A DNA stretch of 64,000 nucleotides from Selaginella moellendorffii (Eukaryota; Plantae; Lycopodiophyta): the NCBI RefSeq assembly GCF_000143415.4, contig NW_003314262.1:3026603-3090602 (forward strand), given 5' to 3'. Below the pieces are notes generated by a model. It was not told where the DNA came from. It did not search any database and was given only the letters and a program-made list of their open reading frames with translations. Below, piece by piece: positions 21,076-32,338 of this stretch (position 1 is its first letter; the number at the start of each line of letters is the position of its first letter). A program made the position numbers and the translations under genes.

Positions 21076-23946
21076 TTACCGGTACTCTTTCAAGAGATAC
21101 ATGGACGGACTGAATGGATCCAGCAGCCCCGCCGCAGCAGCTTGGCCCGTGTCGTCGGCTGCCAGTGGTCCGCGGAGCAAGTTCGTCAGGTCCATGTTTG
21201 GCGAGCAAATCTCCGCTTGGAAAGGCTGCAAGGCAGATTACTACTTAAGCCAAGTTGGGAAAGAGATGTAGAGAGAAGGACGAGCAAAACTTACGAGGAG
21301 CCAACTTAGTAACGATCCCGAGGTGCCCCCTGCGTTGTCATCCGACTCTGTCATGTTCTCCTTGGAGTCGTGAGAGAAAATGTTTTCATCCATTCGCATC
21401 TTACGAAGTGGAATGGGGGTGACCGCGCTTTCAGAGGACGGTACCTTGGCCAGCACCTCCTCAGCTTCCGAGTAAGCTGTGGCGGCATGCTCGCTCAGGT
21501 GCATCATAATGCCCAGCGCGTCGTCTCCTCCACCATCCATTGGTAAATTCATCCCCTGCTAGAAAGAACGTTAGCGAGACTCTCTAAATCCTTGCAAGAA
21601 AATCTTTGCACACCTGAAGAAGTGAAGGCGAGCCATCCTTTCCCAAGGAGAGGAACGAATCAAGCCTCCACGGAGACTTCGAAAGTGGTGACAAACCGCT
21701 GAAGAAACGATCACTGCACGCATTCCGGTTAAAACTGTACCAAAGAAAGAAAGAAAGAAAGAAACATGACTTGCCATTTATTAGCGGAGTTCAGTGTGCT
21801 CTGACCCAAGACGCCAAGCCGGCTAGGAGTTTTGATCGTCAGCTTTGCTTTTCCCTTCGCTTTATGGGGTGGCGGTGATTCTCCAGGATCCAACAGAAGA
21901 GGCCGATCAGAGGACGATGTTTGCTGCTGACAAAATGTCATAAAAACAATACAAACAGGGCAGTAAGAGGAGAGTAGAATACCTGGACTTGTTGCTTCTC
22001 GCTTGAGGTATCACCACCATCGCCAAGTCTTCCCCTCTTCGACTTAACCTCTCCTTCTCCACGAGCAGATTCCTCGGAGTCGCCTTTACTGCACTCTGCG
22101 TTGATATCAGCGGTGCATGCCTGGAAGTGCTGCCTGAGTCTTCGAAATTCGTCCACTCCAATATCATTTGCCTCTGATATTGAAGACAACTTTGAAGAAA
22201 CGTTGTAAGGAGGAGACAGTAAAACCGCGTTGCCTTCCGCTTTGCTGGCCGCATTCCCAGCATTATCCGTCAGCCTTGGCTCTGCAAACTTGGCTCCGTC
22301 ACCACCACCAGCCTGCGAAGGACTCAAGAGCTGCCTCGGTCTCTTTCGCAATATAGAAGGCGTTCCTCCAAAACTCTTTGCAGCAGACCTCAGCTTTTCT
22401 TGGGGACTGGTGAAGCTGGATGGAGAGTACGTGAACGGTGTTGTACAATTCACGAACGGCATTATCATCTGTCTCACCCCGAGAGGACTGTATTCTTCAT
22501 GCGCACTGCTGAGGTCATAGTTCATAAAAGGCAAGTCCGAGCTGGCCAGGCGAGGCGGTTCGTAGAAAAGAAGATCCTGTTCGGTATTTTCTTGTGAGGC
22601 ATCTGCTTTGGTAGTCCCTTCCCCGGCACTTTCTTCGAGCTTCATCTCGTTCAGCGATGAGAAAACCGGTTCAAAGTGCTCAACCATATTCTGATCCTGT
22701 CCATATGCCGCTGCAGATGGTTCTGTCGCAGTCGAAACGTCGAGCGAGTTGGACTGAGCTAGATCTTCCGTTGTAGGCTGACTGGCTGCGTCCATGGAGC
22801 ACTCTCCCGACAAATAATACGCAGGATACAATCCCGAAGGTGGCTGAGAAATCGGTCCGGGTTCCGTAGACGCAATCCTTTTCTGTCGAAGCGATGGATC
22901 AAAGCCGGGAGCCAGAGGAATTTTGGGATGCGGAGGCCTTGGGACCGCTTGTGCCTGCTTAGCCTCCATTTGAAGTTGATAGTCTGCGAGGGCTTTCGAA
23001 ATCGGGTCATTTGCAAGTGCTGGATCAACCTTCTTCTTCATGGTACTGTTCCAGTGATTCTTGATGGAATTGTCCGTCCTGTAAATGCGGAAGTCAGGCC
23101 GATTATTCAACAGAAGCAGGAGTACCTACCTTCCGGGTAAAAACTTCGCTATCTCGGCCCATTTGTTTCCGTAGCGTTGGTGTGCATAAATTAGAGCAAG
23201 ATCTTCCTGTTGAGTCCAAGCATCCCTTTTGATATTAGGATTAAGATGGTTGTGCCATCTCTCTCGACACTGCTTTCCGATCCGTCCAGGCAAGTTTTGC
23301 GCAATGACTGACCATTTCTTAGCACCATACTTGTTCACCAGCTCAATTATCCTATCATCCTCCTACAAAGAACCAAAAATGAGCAAACTTCACGGCCAGT
23401 ATCAACTAGTTGTTGTTCTTCTCACCTCTTTCGTCCACGGACCCTTCACAAGGTCGGGGTTTAAAACCTTTTGCCACCGATGCAAGCACTGCACATCGGT
23501 ACGATTTTTGAAAAACGCGGCTGGAAACAAACCAAAGACGCCGTTGAGCACAGAATTGAAAGCATCAGATCGACACAACATACCAATCTTTTTCCAATTC
23601 TTCGACTTGAAACATTGCACAGCTCGTCTCAGAACATCATCCTGGAAGAAGAAATAAAATTAGATTAAAACACAAAAGTCCTGGAAGAACCAAACGGTAC
23701 TAATGGATAATTCAATCACCTCGTCAGCGGTCCAGCCTCCTTTGGAAGATCTCCTCGTTGGCCCGCCAATTCGCCTGGACAGAATCCCAAAATCAAGCCA
23801 ATTCACGAGAAATCCAAGCCATACCCCTGCACCGGAGGCAATTGATTCGTCGCATCGTCGTCCGTGTCCGCTCCAGAGGAACAAATGGAGGAGTGGGGCG
23901 GATCATCAGTCGTGCTGTTGCTGCCTTTGACCTTGCTCGATGCCAT
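21076..23946 (-). CDS. MYB3R: R1R2R3-MYB transcription factor (MYB3R, A-type/activator-like C-terminus)
   Basis: Three MYB repeats (KGGWTADE, RTDVQCLHRWQKVLNPDLVKGPWTKEE, GRIGKQCRERWHNHLNP, GRTDNSIKNHWNS). C-terminal motifs LFYEPPR, EYSPLGVRQ, LRSAAKSFGGTPSILRKR, DALGIMMHLSEH and FSPSMYLLKEYR. Confidence 0.95.
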
Positions 23947-24190
23947 CTATCTGCTACTGCTCCTAATTGCGATTTCTACCATACCTGTTGGAAATCTATG
24001 CCCCGGCTCAAGTAAGCTGCAAAGATCTATGCTGGAAATCGAAATCCAAGGCCCCGGGACACCCGCGCCAAGGCCCTAGCCGCAATCTCAGCTCCCAGCA
24101 GGCGCTACAAACCCTAGAACCTCCATGGCGCCCCATGCTCGCTACCAAACGAAACCCTAGCTCCTTAGCTCGCGTCCATACCTGGCGGAT

Positions 24191-24398
24191 CTAACGGTGG
24201 AGATTCGAAAGATTGAGGGACGGACGGTGGATCCGAGTGCCCACAGAACGGTATTTGCTTGATGGGAAGGGCGGTGACGGGCAGCGACGGGCGGCTTTCC
24301 AAAGGCCTTTGACGGGCAGTGGCAATTTTGGCAACGGTTACCTGCCGGCCGGGATTAATGGCCGGAAAGCCCAAACGCACGCGTGACCGCTTTGCCGG
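24191..24398. promoter_or_regulatory. MSA (AACGG) cluster and an E2F-like site upstream of MYB3R
   Basis: AACGG at 24193 (TCTAACGGT), 24247 and 24333; TTTGCCGG (TTTSSCGS) at 24391. Confidence 0.5.
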
Positions 24399-24529
24399 CG
24401 TGCCGGGAAGTGCGACCGGCGACACATATTCGCCTGGGTTAAATTTTCAAATTTTACTCCTGTCGCCTTTCAAATTTTGGAACGTTGGGGGGGTTTGGTT
24501 AGGCCAAAGGCATCGCATTTAAGCTAAAG

Positions 24530-26636
24530 CTAATCCGAGTTTAGAGCCTGGAGCTGCCGCTCTAACTCTTCTAGATCGTTATCTTGAGCTGCGGCTCCAC
24601 CAACAAATGCCTCATCAAGTTTGCGAAACGCATCGTCCGCGTCTGGGAGCTCTCGCAGAAATCCCTCGGGAAGAATCTCTGCACACATCGCCAAAGTATG
24701 AGATTTCCCTTGCAAGATCTCTGGAGGAGAAAAGGAATGAGAAAACGAAGAACTTACGCGAATTCGGCGTCGTTTGAGCATCCAAAAACACGTCTTTGTC
24801 GTCGTCGTCGTCGTCCATTACGCTGCGATGAAACCAAACAGGAGGAGTAAACCCGAGAGCGCAAAACCAAACAACGAAGAAGAAACGAGAAGAAGAAAAC
24901 TTACGTGATGTTCCACTCGTTGTCCTCGTGAAGGGGTGCAACATCCTGTACGGCTCGATCCGCCTCGGCTTTGGCTCTCGCAAGAGCGTCTCTCTCGGGC
25001 TTCTTTTTCACGTATTCATGCTGTACAGAAAATTCAACACATCTCTCGATCGGTCGACTTTGCTTTCCTCGTAATTAATGCCTACCTGACGCTCCACACA
25101 GGCAGCATTTGTGCACTGGGTATTGGGCTTCATTTCCATCGTTGGAAAGAAATCCTTGAGTGCGCTATAGCCCTGATATACGCAGCTCTTTAAGAACTGG
25201 ATAGCGAAGAGAAGTAAATGATCCACTTACCAGGTATCTCGACACTTGTCCAAACTCCAACAGATATTTGAGCGTACTTTGGACCAGTAAACCCGCAACA
25301 ATTCCCTGCAAAACATTCCAAAGGGTCAAGACGGAGACGAATGAAACCGTAACCGCAATAACACCATCGTGGTTGGCAAGGAAGCAGCACAGACTCCCTC
25401 ACGTTTAAGCGTTCGCTCATCAATTCCAGATGCGACCACCTGAAGCCACGCATGAATGCAAGGAATAGAAAATCTGGAGAGTCTTACCAGCGGGGGTGCA
25501 CAAGCAAAACAGGCTGTTTCGCCAGGAATCAAAAGCTGTATATGACCAGAGACAGCATCCTCAGAAACTCCTGTTCCAAAAATTATGTGGCTCCACCTTG
25601 AAAAGATGTATTAGCTTTACCTGACTCTATCCAAGTTTGCCCAAGCTCGTTGCAGGCCTAGCACAAGGAAACATTAGAAAAGCTTCAACACAAAACAAAG
25701 AAAAAAGCTTTACCTGATTTACTACCATACGTGCTTCGTAGTTGTCCACACAACTAAGAACGAGATCAACTCCACTCGGAGAAGCACTCGATTTCTCCTT
25801 GAAAGGTCGTGCAAGACTCTCCATAAAGCTCCCGAATCCTTCCACTGTCGTAATGTTGAGCTTATACCCCTGCAGCAGGCTGGAGAGCTTTGGTCATTTG
25901 GTCATTACCAGAAAAGCTTTACCTCCAAAACAACATCCGGATTGATGCTGGTCAAGGTTTGCACGGCAGCATCCGTTTTCGATAGGCCTGCCTAAAACGA
26001 AGAACACAGAAGAGGAACTCAGAAGATCACTCACAACGACAGTACTTGCTCAGGACGGAAGAAAAGACGATTCATGTTGGCGAGTTCCACAGTGTCGTAG
26101 TCATAGAGAAGGAGGCGGCCTATTCCACATCTAGTGAGCATCTCCGCTGCAACACTTCCAACTCCTCCAACACCCTGAGAAAAAAATAAAGAGAAGAGTT
26201 TGACAAGCTCAAGAACAAGGAAAGATAATGCTCACCACAATCGCTACTGAAAATTCCCGAATTTTCTCATAGTTATTCACTATTCCCATGCGTTTGAGAG
26301 CCATCAACCTGCTGTAAGGATTACTTCCCACGACCTCGGCACTCATGTTCTAACCAAAGAAAGAATCACGCGACAATAAACGCAAAGAAAAAGAATTTCA
26401 CACCTGAATTTTCTGTCGAGCAGGCAGATCTGGATCTCTCTGCGACAAAACATCCAATTTCTCCACATTCTTCTTGAGCTACACGAACAAAAACGCTCTA
26501 ATCTCTTTCTAGATCAAAAACACATACGAACCTGATTGATCGATTCGCGGAGTAGATCCGAGGACGCTGCCGCGGGATCGGCGAGAAGATCGTCAGCAGC
26601 ATCGATGAGCGCCTTGAGCTTGCTGCCAGACGCCAT
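24530..26636 (-). CDS. UBA5: UFM1-activating enzyme (ubiquitin-like modifier-activating enzyme 5)
   Basis: [97 protein letters not shown], the EWNI (UIS-like) motif and C-terminal [11 protein letters not shown]. Confidence 0.96.
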
Positions 26637-26778
26637 GACAAAGAGAAAAGGGGGAGAGGTTTACAATTAGGGTTAGGGTTCCTGGCGCTTGGAATGGGCT
26701 CCGCGATCATCAGGTACTCGCCTAGATCTTAGCACAGGAATTCTCGAGCTTGGGAGGGATTTCGATCGAGCAAGAACG
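26637..26778. promoter_or_regulatory. Ultra-short bidirectional promoter UBA5/MFAP1 with telo-box
   Basis: There are 142 bp between the two ATGs, with TTAGGGTTAGGGTT at ~26667-26680. Confidence 0.6.
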
Positions 26779-28200
26779 ATGTCAGTCTCGGCGGGAGTGA
26801 CAGACGTCGCCATAGCCGTGAGGGAAAAGCTGCGAGGGAAGATCGGCCAGACCAAGGTCCAGCGCTACTGGCCGGGCAAGAAGCCAGAATGGGCGGCCGA
26901 GGAGGAGGAGGAGGAAGAAGAGGAGGAGAATTTCGAGAAGAAGAAGAAGAAGCCGGAGCCAGAGAAATCGAAAGCTCCGGTGGACGAGAAGGAGGTTGCT
27001 GCCGCTAGACCCGCTGCGAGGGTGGAGGATGATCCTCGGCTCCGGCGGCTGGCCGAGAGCCGGAGGAACCGCGATGAGGCGGTGGCGAGGCACAGGGAGA
27101 TCCGGCAGGCGGAGATCGTGTCCACCCGCCAGGAAGAGAAGTCGGGCGCCAGAGATGCTGGAGCGGAGGAGGTGGAGGACGAGGAGGCGGTGGAGGAGCG
27201 GCGGAAGAAGAACAGGGAAAGGATTCTACAGAAGCAAAAGGAGGAGGAGGAGGCCGCCGCTGCCGCCACGGAGGAGGATGAAGAGGATGGAGAAGAGGAA
27301 GAAGACGAGGAAGACGAGGAGGAGGAAGAGACCGACTCGGAGGACGAGCTGGGAGGGATGCCGATGATGAAGCCAACTTTCGTGAAGAAGTCCGACCGGG
27401 AGACCATCGCGGAACGCGAGCGGCTCGAGGCGGAGGAGATTGCAATGATGGAGGATTGGAAGAAGAAGCTGGAGCTGCGGAAGATCGAGTCCAAGCACCT
27501 CCTGGTGGAAGAGATCCGGAAGGAGGAAGAGCGCGAGAAGAACAAGGTGACGGACACGAATGGTGACGAAGTTAACACCGACGACGAGACCAACGGGCAA
27601 GAAGAGTACGAGGCCTGGAAGGCGAGAGAGATCGCGCGGATAAAGCGAGAGAGGGACGAGAAGGAGAACGCCAACAAGGAGAAGGAGGAGATCGAGAGGC
27701 TGAGGAAGATGAGCGAGGAAGAACGCAAGGAGTACGATCGGAAGAACCCAAAGGAGGCCCCGGCTCCGAAGAAGAAGTGGAAGTACATGCAAAAGTACTA
27801 TCACAAGGGAGTGTTCTTCATGTCCGACGACAAGGATCCGGCTGTTCCTGGAGGGAACGACATTTACAAGCGGGACTACTCGGAGCCGACTGGAGAGGAC
27901 AAGCTCAACAAGAGCATACTCCCGAAAGTGATGCAAGTCAAGAACTTTGGCCGCAGTGGGCGAGTGAAGTGGACGGATCTCGTGAACGAGGACACGACGC
28001 GATGGGACACGCCGTGAGTTTGTTCTTCCCTCGCCTTTGATTCGTTCTAATCGAAGTTTTTCCGGCCTTTCAGGTGGAGCTCCAATGACAAGTTTCGTGC
28101 GCAGTACAACAACAAGATGGCCGGGATGAACAAGCCGATCGAGAAGCCTCGGGGCACCAAGAAGATGAAGAGGAGCATCGAGGAGATGTACAAAGTTTGA
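26779..28200 (+). CDS. MFAP1: Microfibrillar-associated protein 1 (spliceosomal B-complex factor, Spp381 homolog); 2 exons, intron 28014-28073
   Basis: MSVSAGVTDVAIAVREKLRGKIGQTKVQRYWPGK, EYEAWKAREIARIKR, KYMQKYYHKGVFF, ILPKVMQVKNFGRSGRVKWTDLVNEDTT. Confidence 0.95.
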
Positions 28201-28302
28201 CGAGCAATCGTTTCAAGGGCCGAGCGAGCGAGCGAAAGAGCGCTCTCACAGGTTTGAGATGATGGAGCTATCAGGGTCCGAGTTGATGGTTTCCAGGATC
28301 TC

Positions 28303-31266
28303 TCATACACCGAAAGGAAGCCACCGACGTTTCGGCCTTGACAACTTAGAGTCGAGTGAAGAGCCTGTGTGTGTTTCATCGTCATCAGTAGAACGTAAGA
28401 GTTCCTCCTCTTCATCCTTTGTCTCGGGGCATGGAGTTTGAGAGTTCTCGCTTTGACCCCCCTCTGTATCAGTTTCTATAAAACTTCGATCCACCGAGAG
28501 GCTTTCCTCAGCTTTTTCACTCTCTTTTCCAGGAGATTCGTCATCATTCCTTCCAAAACTTTGGTGGCTTTCGTTGTCCCCATCATGAAAGTCATTCTGT
28601 AAGAGTTTTTCATCATCGCCCACAGCTTGCTCGTCCTGTTCCTTTCTCAAGTCGCCGTCCAGGTCGTCACAGTCTCTTGCAGAGCTTTGATCCGGCATGA
28701 GACTTCCATCATGGCTACCAGCTTGTTCATCTTGTTCCTCCCTCTCTGGACTGTCACCATTCCTCGGGCCTGGACTTTCAACAGCGTTTCCAGCTTCTTG
28801 CTTGCTGCTGCTGCTGCTTCCATCTTCCTGGACCAACTTTAGCAGCTTGCCAGACTCGTCCGACTTGCGAAGTCCGTCCAAGATCGCTGTGAAAGTAGCA
28901 GCATGAGGAGGAGAGCCGCCAGCAGCCATCTCCTGTAAAAGCTCCTGGGCCTTCTCAGTCTTCCCGGACCTCACCAGGCCATCAAACAGCGAAGCGGATG
29001 TGACGGCAGTGGGAACGTTGCCTCTGGAGATCATGTCCTCGAACAGCTTAAGCGCCGCGTCCACTTTCAAAGCCTTGCAAAAGCCGTGGATGAGAGCGTC
29101 GTAGATCATGACGCTTCCAACAAGCTCGCCCCGAGCAAGCATGCCCTCGAACCTGTGGAACGCCTCGTCGACGTTCCCGGCATGGCACAGCGCCTGGACG
29201 AGTGCCGTGTACGTAGCAACCGTCGGCTTCTGGCCTTTGCCGATCATCTCGTCGAAGAACTTGCAAGCGTCTTCCAGTTTCTTCCCCTTGATCAGCCCGT
29301 TGATGATGCAGCAATAGGCAGCAGCGTCCGGAGCACCACCCTGGCGGACCATCTCTTGGAACAAGCTCACTGCTCGATCGACTTGGCCTTGATAGCACAA
29401 GCCCGTGCATAGAGCAGTGTAAGCCACTACGTCGGCGTTCCAACCCCGGCTAGACGCCTCCTCGAGCATCTTCACAGCTCTGTCAACTTCGCCAATCTTG
29501 CACAGGCCGATGCAAAGCGGGGTGTAAGTCACGGCGTCTGGCAAGTAGCCAACCATCTCGAGGTCGTGGAGCAAAGCGAATGCCCGCTCCACTCGGTTCT
29601 CTCGGCTCCTGCACAGCCCGTTGATCAGGATGTTGTAAGTCGTTGCGTCGGGCTTGCATCCTTCCGACACCATTCTCTGGAAAATCCTGCAAGCTTCGTC
29701 GAGCCGGCCGGTCTTACACAACCCGACGATGATGCTGCAGCACAGGCCGGGATCCAAGTTTTCTGCTGCGGCTTTGCTCTGCTCGAATAGATCGTCGAGT
29801 GTATTCTCAACGCTGCCACCATCGCACAGTCCCTTCACAAGTGACGAGTAGAGCTGTAAGTTTGGAGAGCTGGAGCATTTGTCAAGCTCGTCCAAGAGCT
29901 GGGCAGCCTCGTCGAGCCTCCCGAGCTTGCAGAAGCCATCGAGAAGGCAAATGTACGTCACAGAATCTGGAAAACATCCATGAGCTATCATCCCTTTCAT
30001 AATCCTGAAAGCATTGGCCACTCTCCCGATCTTGCTGAGGCCCTGGATGATCGTCGTGTAAGTCACCACGTTTGGCTTGCACCCGCCTCGCATCATCTCC
30101 TCAAAGCTCTTTGCAGCTTGCTCAAAGTTTCCCGACTTGCACAGCCCGTCTATCATAACCGTGTGGGTGATCACGTCTGGACGGTACCCGGCCTCCACCA
30201 TTTCGTCAAAGAGAGAGCAAGCCTCTTTCATTCTTCCCGACTTTGCAAATCCGTGGATGAGAGACGTGTAGATGACTGAATTCGGCCGAAAACCACTAGC
30301 TGCCATCACTCGGAACAGCTCCTCGGCCCGTTCCAAGGTTCCTGCCTTGCAAAGACTGTTCACCAGAATCCCATACGTGACTTCTGTTGGAACACAAGCT
30401 TTCGCGAGCATATTGTCGAGAACCTTGAGAGCTTCTTGTGCATGGCCAGCTTTGGCGAGCCCGTCGATCATTGTGTTGTAAGCAATAGCGTCGGGAGGGA
30501 AGCCACACTTCTCCATCTGTCCGAAAACCTCTCGAGCTTCCTTCACTCTTTTCGCTTTGAGCAGCGTTCTCACCATCGCGGTGTGAAGTGCCCGATCCGG
30601 AGGAACGAATCCCATTGCCATCATCTCGTGAAAAACCTCGAAAGCCTTCTCGTCCATCCCAGCCTTGCACAGGCAATCCACAAGGATGAGAAACGTATGC
30701 AAGTCGGGCTTACACCTCTTCCTCTTCATGATCTCGAAGCACGTCACAGCGTCGTCGGCCCGGCGCGTCCTGGCGAAGCTCCGGATCAAGATGTTGAAGG
30801 AGAAAGTGTTGGGCGCGATCCCGGCCTTGAGCATCTCCTCGTGGATCGCGTAGCACTGCGAGTAGTTCTTCTCGGCCACCAGGAGATTCATGAGGCAATT
30901 GTAAGTGAAGACATCGTGCTGGAATCCCGCCTGTTCTCCAGCCCATCGGAAGAAACTGATAGCCGTCCCAGTGACCTTGAGCGATCGCAGCACCGCTGCG
31001 ACGTGGGATCCAAGCACCTGGCCGTGGACGGGGCCGAGCACGTTGCGGATATTATGGACCGACCAGGAGCTGCCGTCGAGCCTCACGTCCTTGATCGTCT
31101 CCACAATCGAGGTCACCAGATCAGCGCGACGCACGAAATCGGGCGTGAGGTGCTCGCGCTCTGGCTTACCGCTGGGGAAGCTCCTGGCGGTGTAGTGGCG
31201 GACAATCGCTCGTCCTCCTCCTCGATCAAGCAGCAGCAGCCATAGCTCGCGCTGCCGCAAAGACAT
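28303..31266 (-). CDS. P-class pentatricopeptide repeat protein, 987 aa, intronless, with an acidic C-terminal tail
   Basis: About 19-20 consecutive 35-aa PPR motifs (e.g. TYNCLMN, AYNTMIDGLAKAG, TYTTIIQGLSKIG) and a FFRWAGEQAGFQHD N-cap. No E/DYW domain. Confidence 0.95.
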   Translation of the reverse strand: MSLRQRELWLLLLDRGGGRAIVRHYTARSFPSGKPEREHLTPDFVRRADLVTSIVETIKDVRLDGSSWSVHNIRNVLGPVHGQVLGSHVAAVLRSLKVTGTAISFFRWAGEQAGFQHDVFTYNCLMNLLVAEKNYSQCYAIHEEMLKAGIAPNTFSFNILIRSFARTRRADDAVTCFEIMKRKRCKPDLHTFLILVDCLCKAGMDEKAFEVFHEMMAMGFVPPDRALHTAMVRTLLKAKRVKEAREVFGQMEKCGFPPDAIAYNTMIDGLAKAGHAQEALKVLDNMLAKACVPTEVTYGILVNSLCKAGTLERAEELFRVMAASGFRPNSVIYTSLIHGFAKSGRMKEACSLFDEMVEAGYRPDVITHTVMIDGLCKSGNFEQAAKSFEEMMRGGCKPNVVTYTTIIQGLSKIGRVANAFRIMKGMIAHGCFPDSVTYICLLDGFCKLGRLDEAAQLLDELDKCSSSPNLQLYSSLVKGLCDGGSVENTLDDLFEQSKAAAENLDPGLCCSIIVGLCKTGRLDEACRIFQRMVSEGCKPDATTYNILINGLCRSRENRVERAFALLHDLEMVGYLPDAVTYTPLCIGLCKIGEVDRAVKMLEEASSRGWNADVVAYTALCTGLCYQGQVDRAVSLFQEMVRQGGAPDAAAYCCIINGLIKGKKLEDACKFFDEMIGKGQKPTVATYTALVQALCHAGNVDEAFHRFEGMLARGELVGSVMIYDALIHGFCKALKVDAALKLFEDMISRGNVPTAVTSASLFDGLVRSGKTEKAQELLQEMAAGGSPPHAATFTAILDGLRKSDESGKLLKLVQEDGSSSSSKQEAGNAVESPGPRNGDSPEREEQDEQAGSHDGSLMPDQSSARDCDDLDGDLRKEQDEQAVGDDEKLLQNDFHDGDNESHQSFGRNDDESPGKESEKAEESLSVDRSFIETDTEGGQSENSQTPCPETKDEEEELLRSTDDDETHTGSSLDSKLSRPKRRWLPFGV

Positions 31267-32338
31267 AAAAACCTAACCCTTGGTGCTCATAGCTCGAATG
31301 TATCAGTCCGCGCTCTCCCTGCTAGAATGTAGCCCTCTCCGCAGAAAGGTATAAAGAAGCATATTCCTGTCCTAAACCCTAAACCCTATGAACAAATATC
31401 TTTTTAAGAATATGCCAGGCAAAAGAAAAGAAGCATAAATATTGTTAAGAATTTTTTTTATATTCCTACAATTTCCAATCTGCCTAGAACCAGAATGCAA
31501 TGAGGCTTTAGATGCATTTGGCCTCACGAGACAGACTTGCATTTGAAAGATCTTGTGTAGACATTTCGAAAGAGAATCAACATGGGCAGATAGCAAATTT
31601 TCTATTGCCACAACTTAGCCTTTGAGGATTTCCCAGCTCCGAGAGAATGACTCCATAGCCACAATGGCTATGGAGAAAATATTTGGACAATTTTCTTTAA
31701 AGGAACTCTGGGTTTCCCCTGGTTTTAGAATAAGTCACCAATGTGTGATGTCCTTAAAAAGAAGAGGTAGATTGGGAATTATTGAAATTGTAAAGGTAAA
31801 TTGGGAAATGCTAAAATTTTACTAAGTAGATCTTAAAGAGTTTATTCTAATATGTTGTAAAATTCTAGCAAAAAAGAAAAACCTTCTCTCCATTCTTAAT
31901 TTATAAATTATTATTAAAGTAAGCTAAAAAAGTAAAAATAAATTACTCTATTTAGAATATTTACAAAGGGAAAACATATCCACGTGTTTATCACTAATTT
32001 TTCTCTTTTTGTGTTTTCATTTGCTACAAGAATGCCGGGGAAGAAGCCAAATAACCACTTCAAATGTTCTTTGTTTTCCACCCCAAATATAAAATTACAT
32101 CTTAAATCAATTAGTTTTTATTTCTCATTAAAAATAATGGATGTGGAATAGAAGCAAACATTCACAACAATAAGTGGGTGTAAGTTATGGGATTCTTCCA
32201 ACATAACTATATAAGCTAGAAAATTTTGTAAATGCTATATATTATTCTTGTATTCACTTTCATCTTTCACATAGAAAAGAACAATTGTAGAATATTTGTG
32301 GTAATATTAAAACTATCTGAGTTTCAAGTAAACTCATT

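Noticed and set aside
26689-26778. 30-codon in-frame extension upstream of MFAP1
   Set aside because: It starts at TTG; the conserved plant N-terminus MSVSAG begins at ATG 26779.
26782-27936. Long antisense ORFs over MFAP1 (similar ones over epsin, PPR and the kinase)
   Set aside because: Shadow ORFs of GC-rich, low-complexity coding sequence.
31372-31388. CCTAAACCCTAAACCCTA telomere-like repeat
   Set aside because: Only ~2.5 units, upstream of the PPR start; an ordinary promoter telo-box, not an interstitial telomere array.
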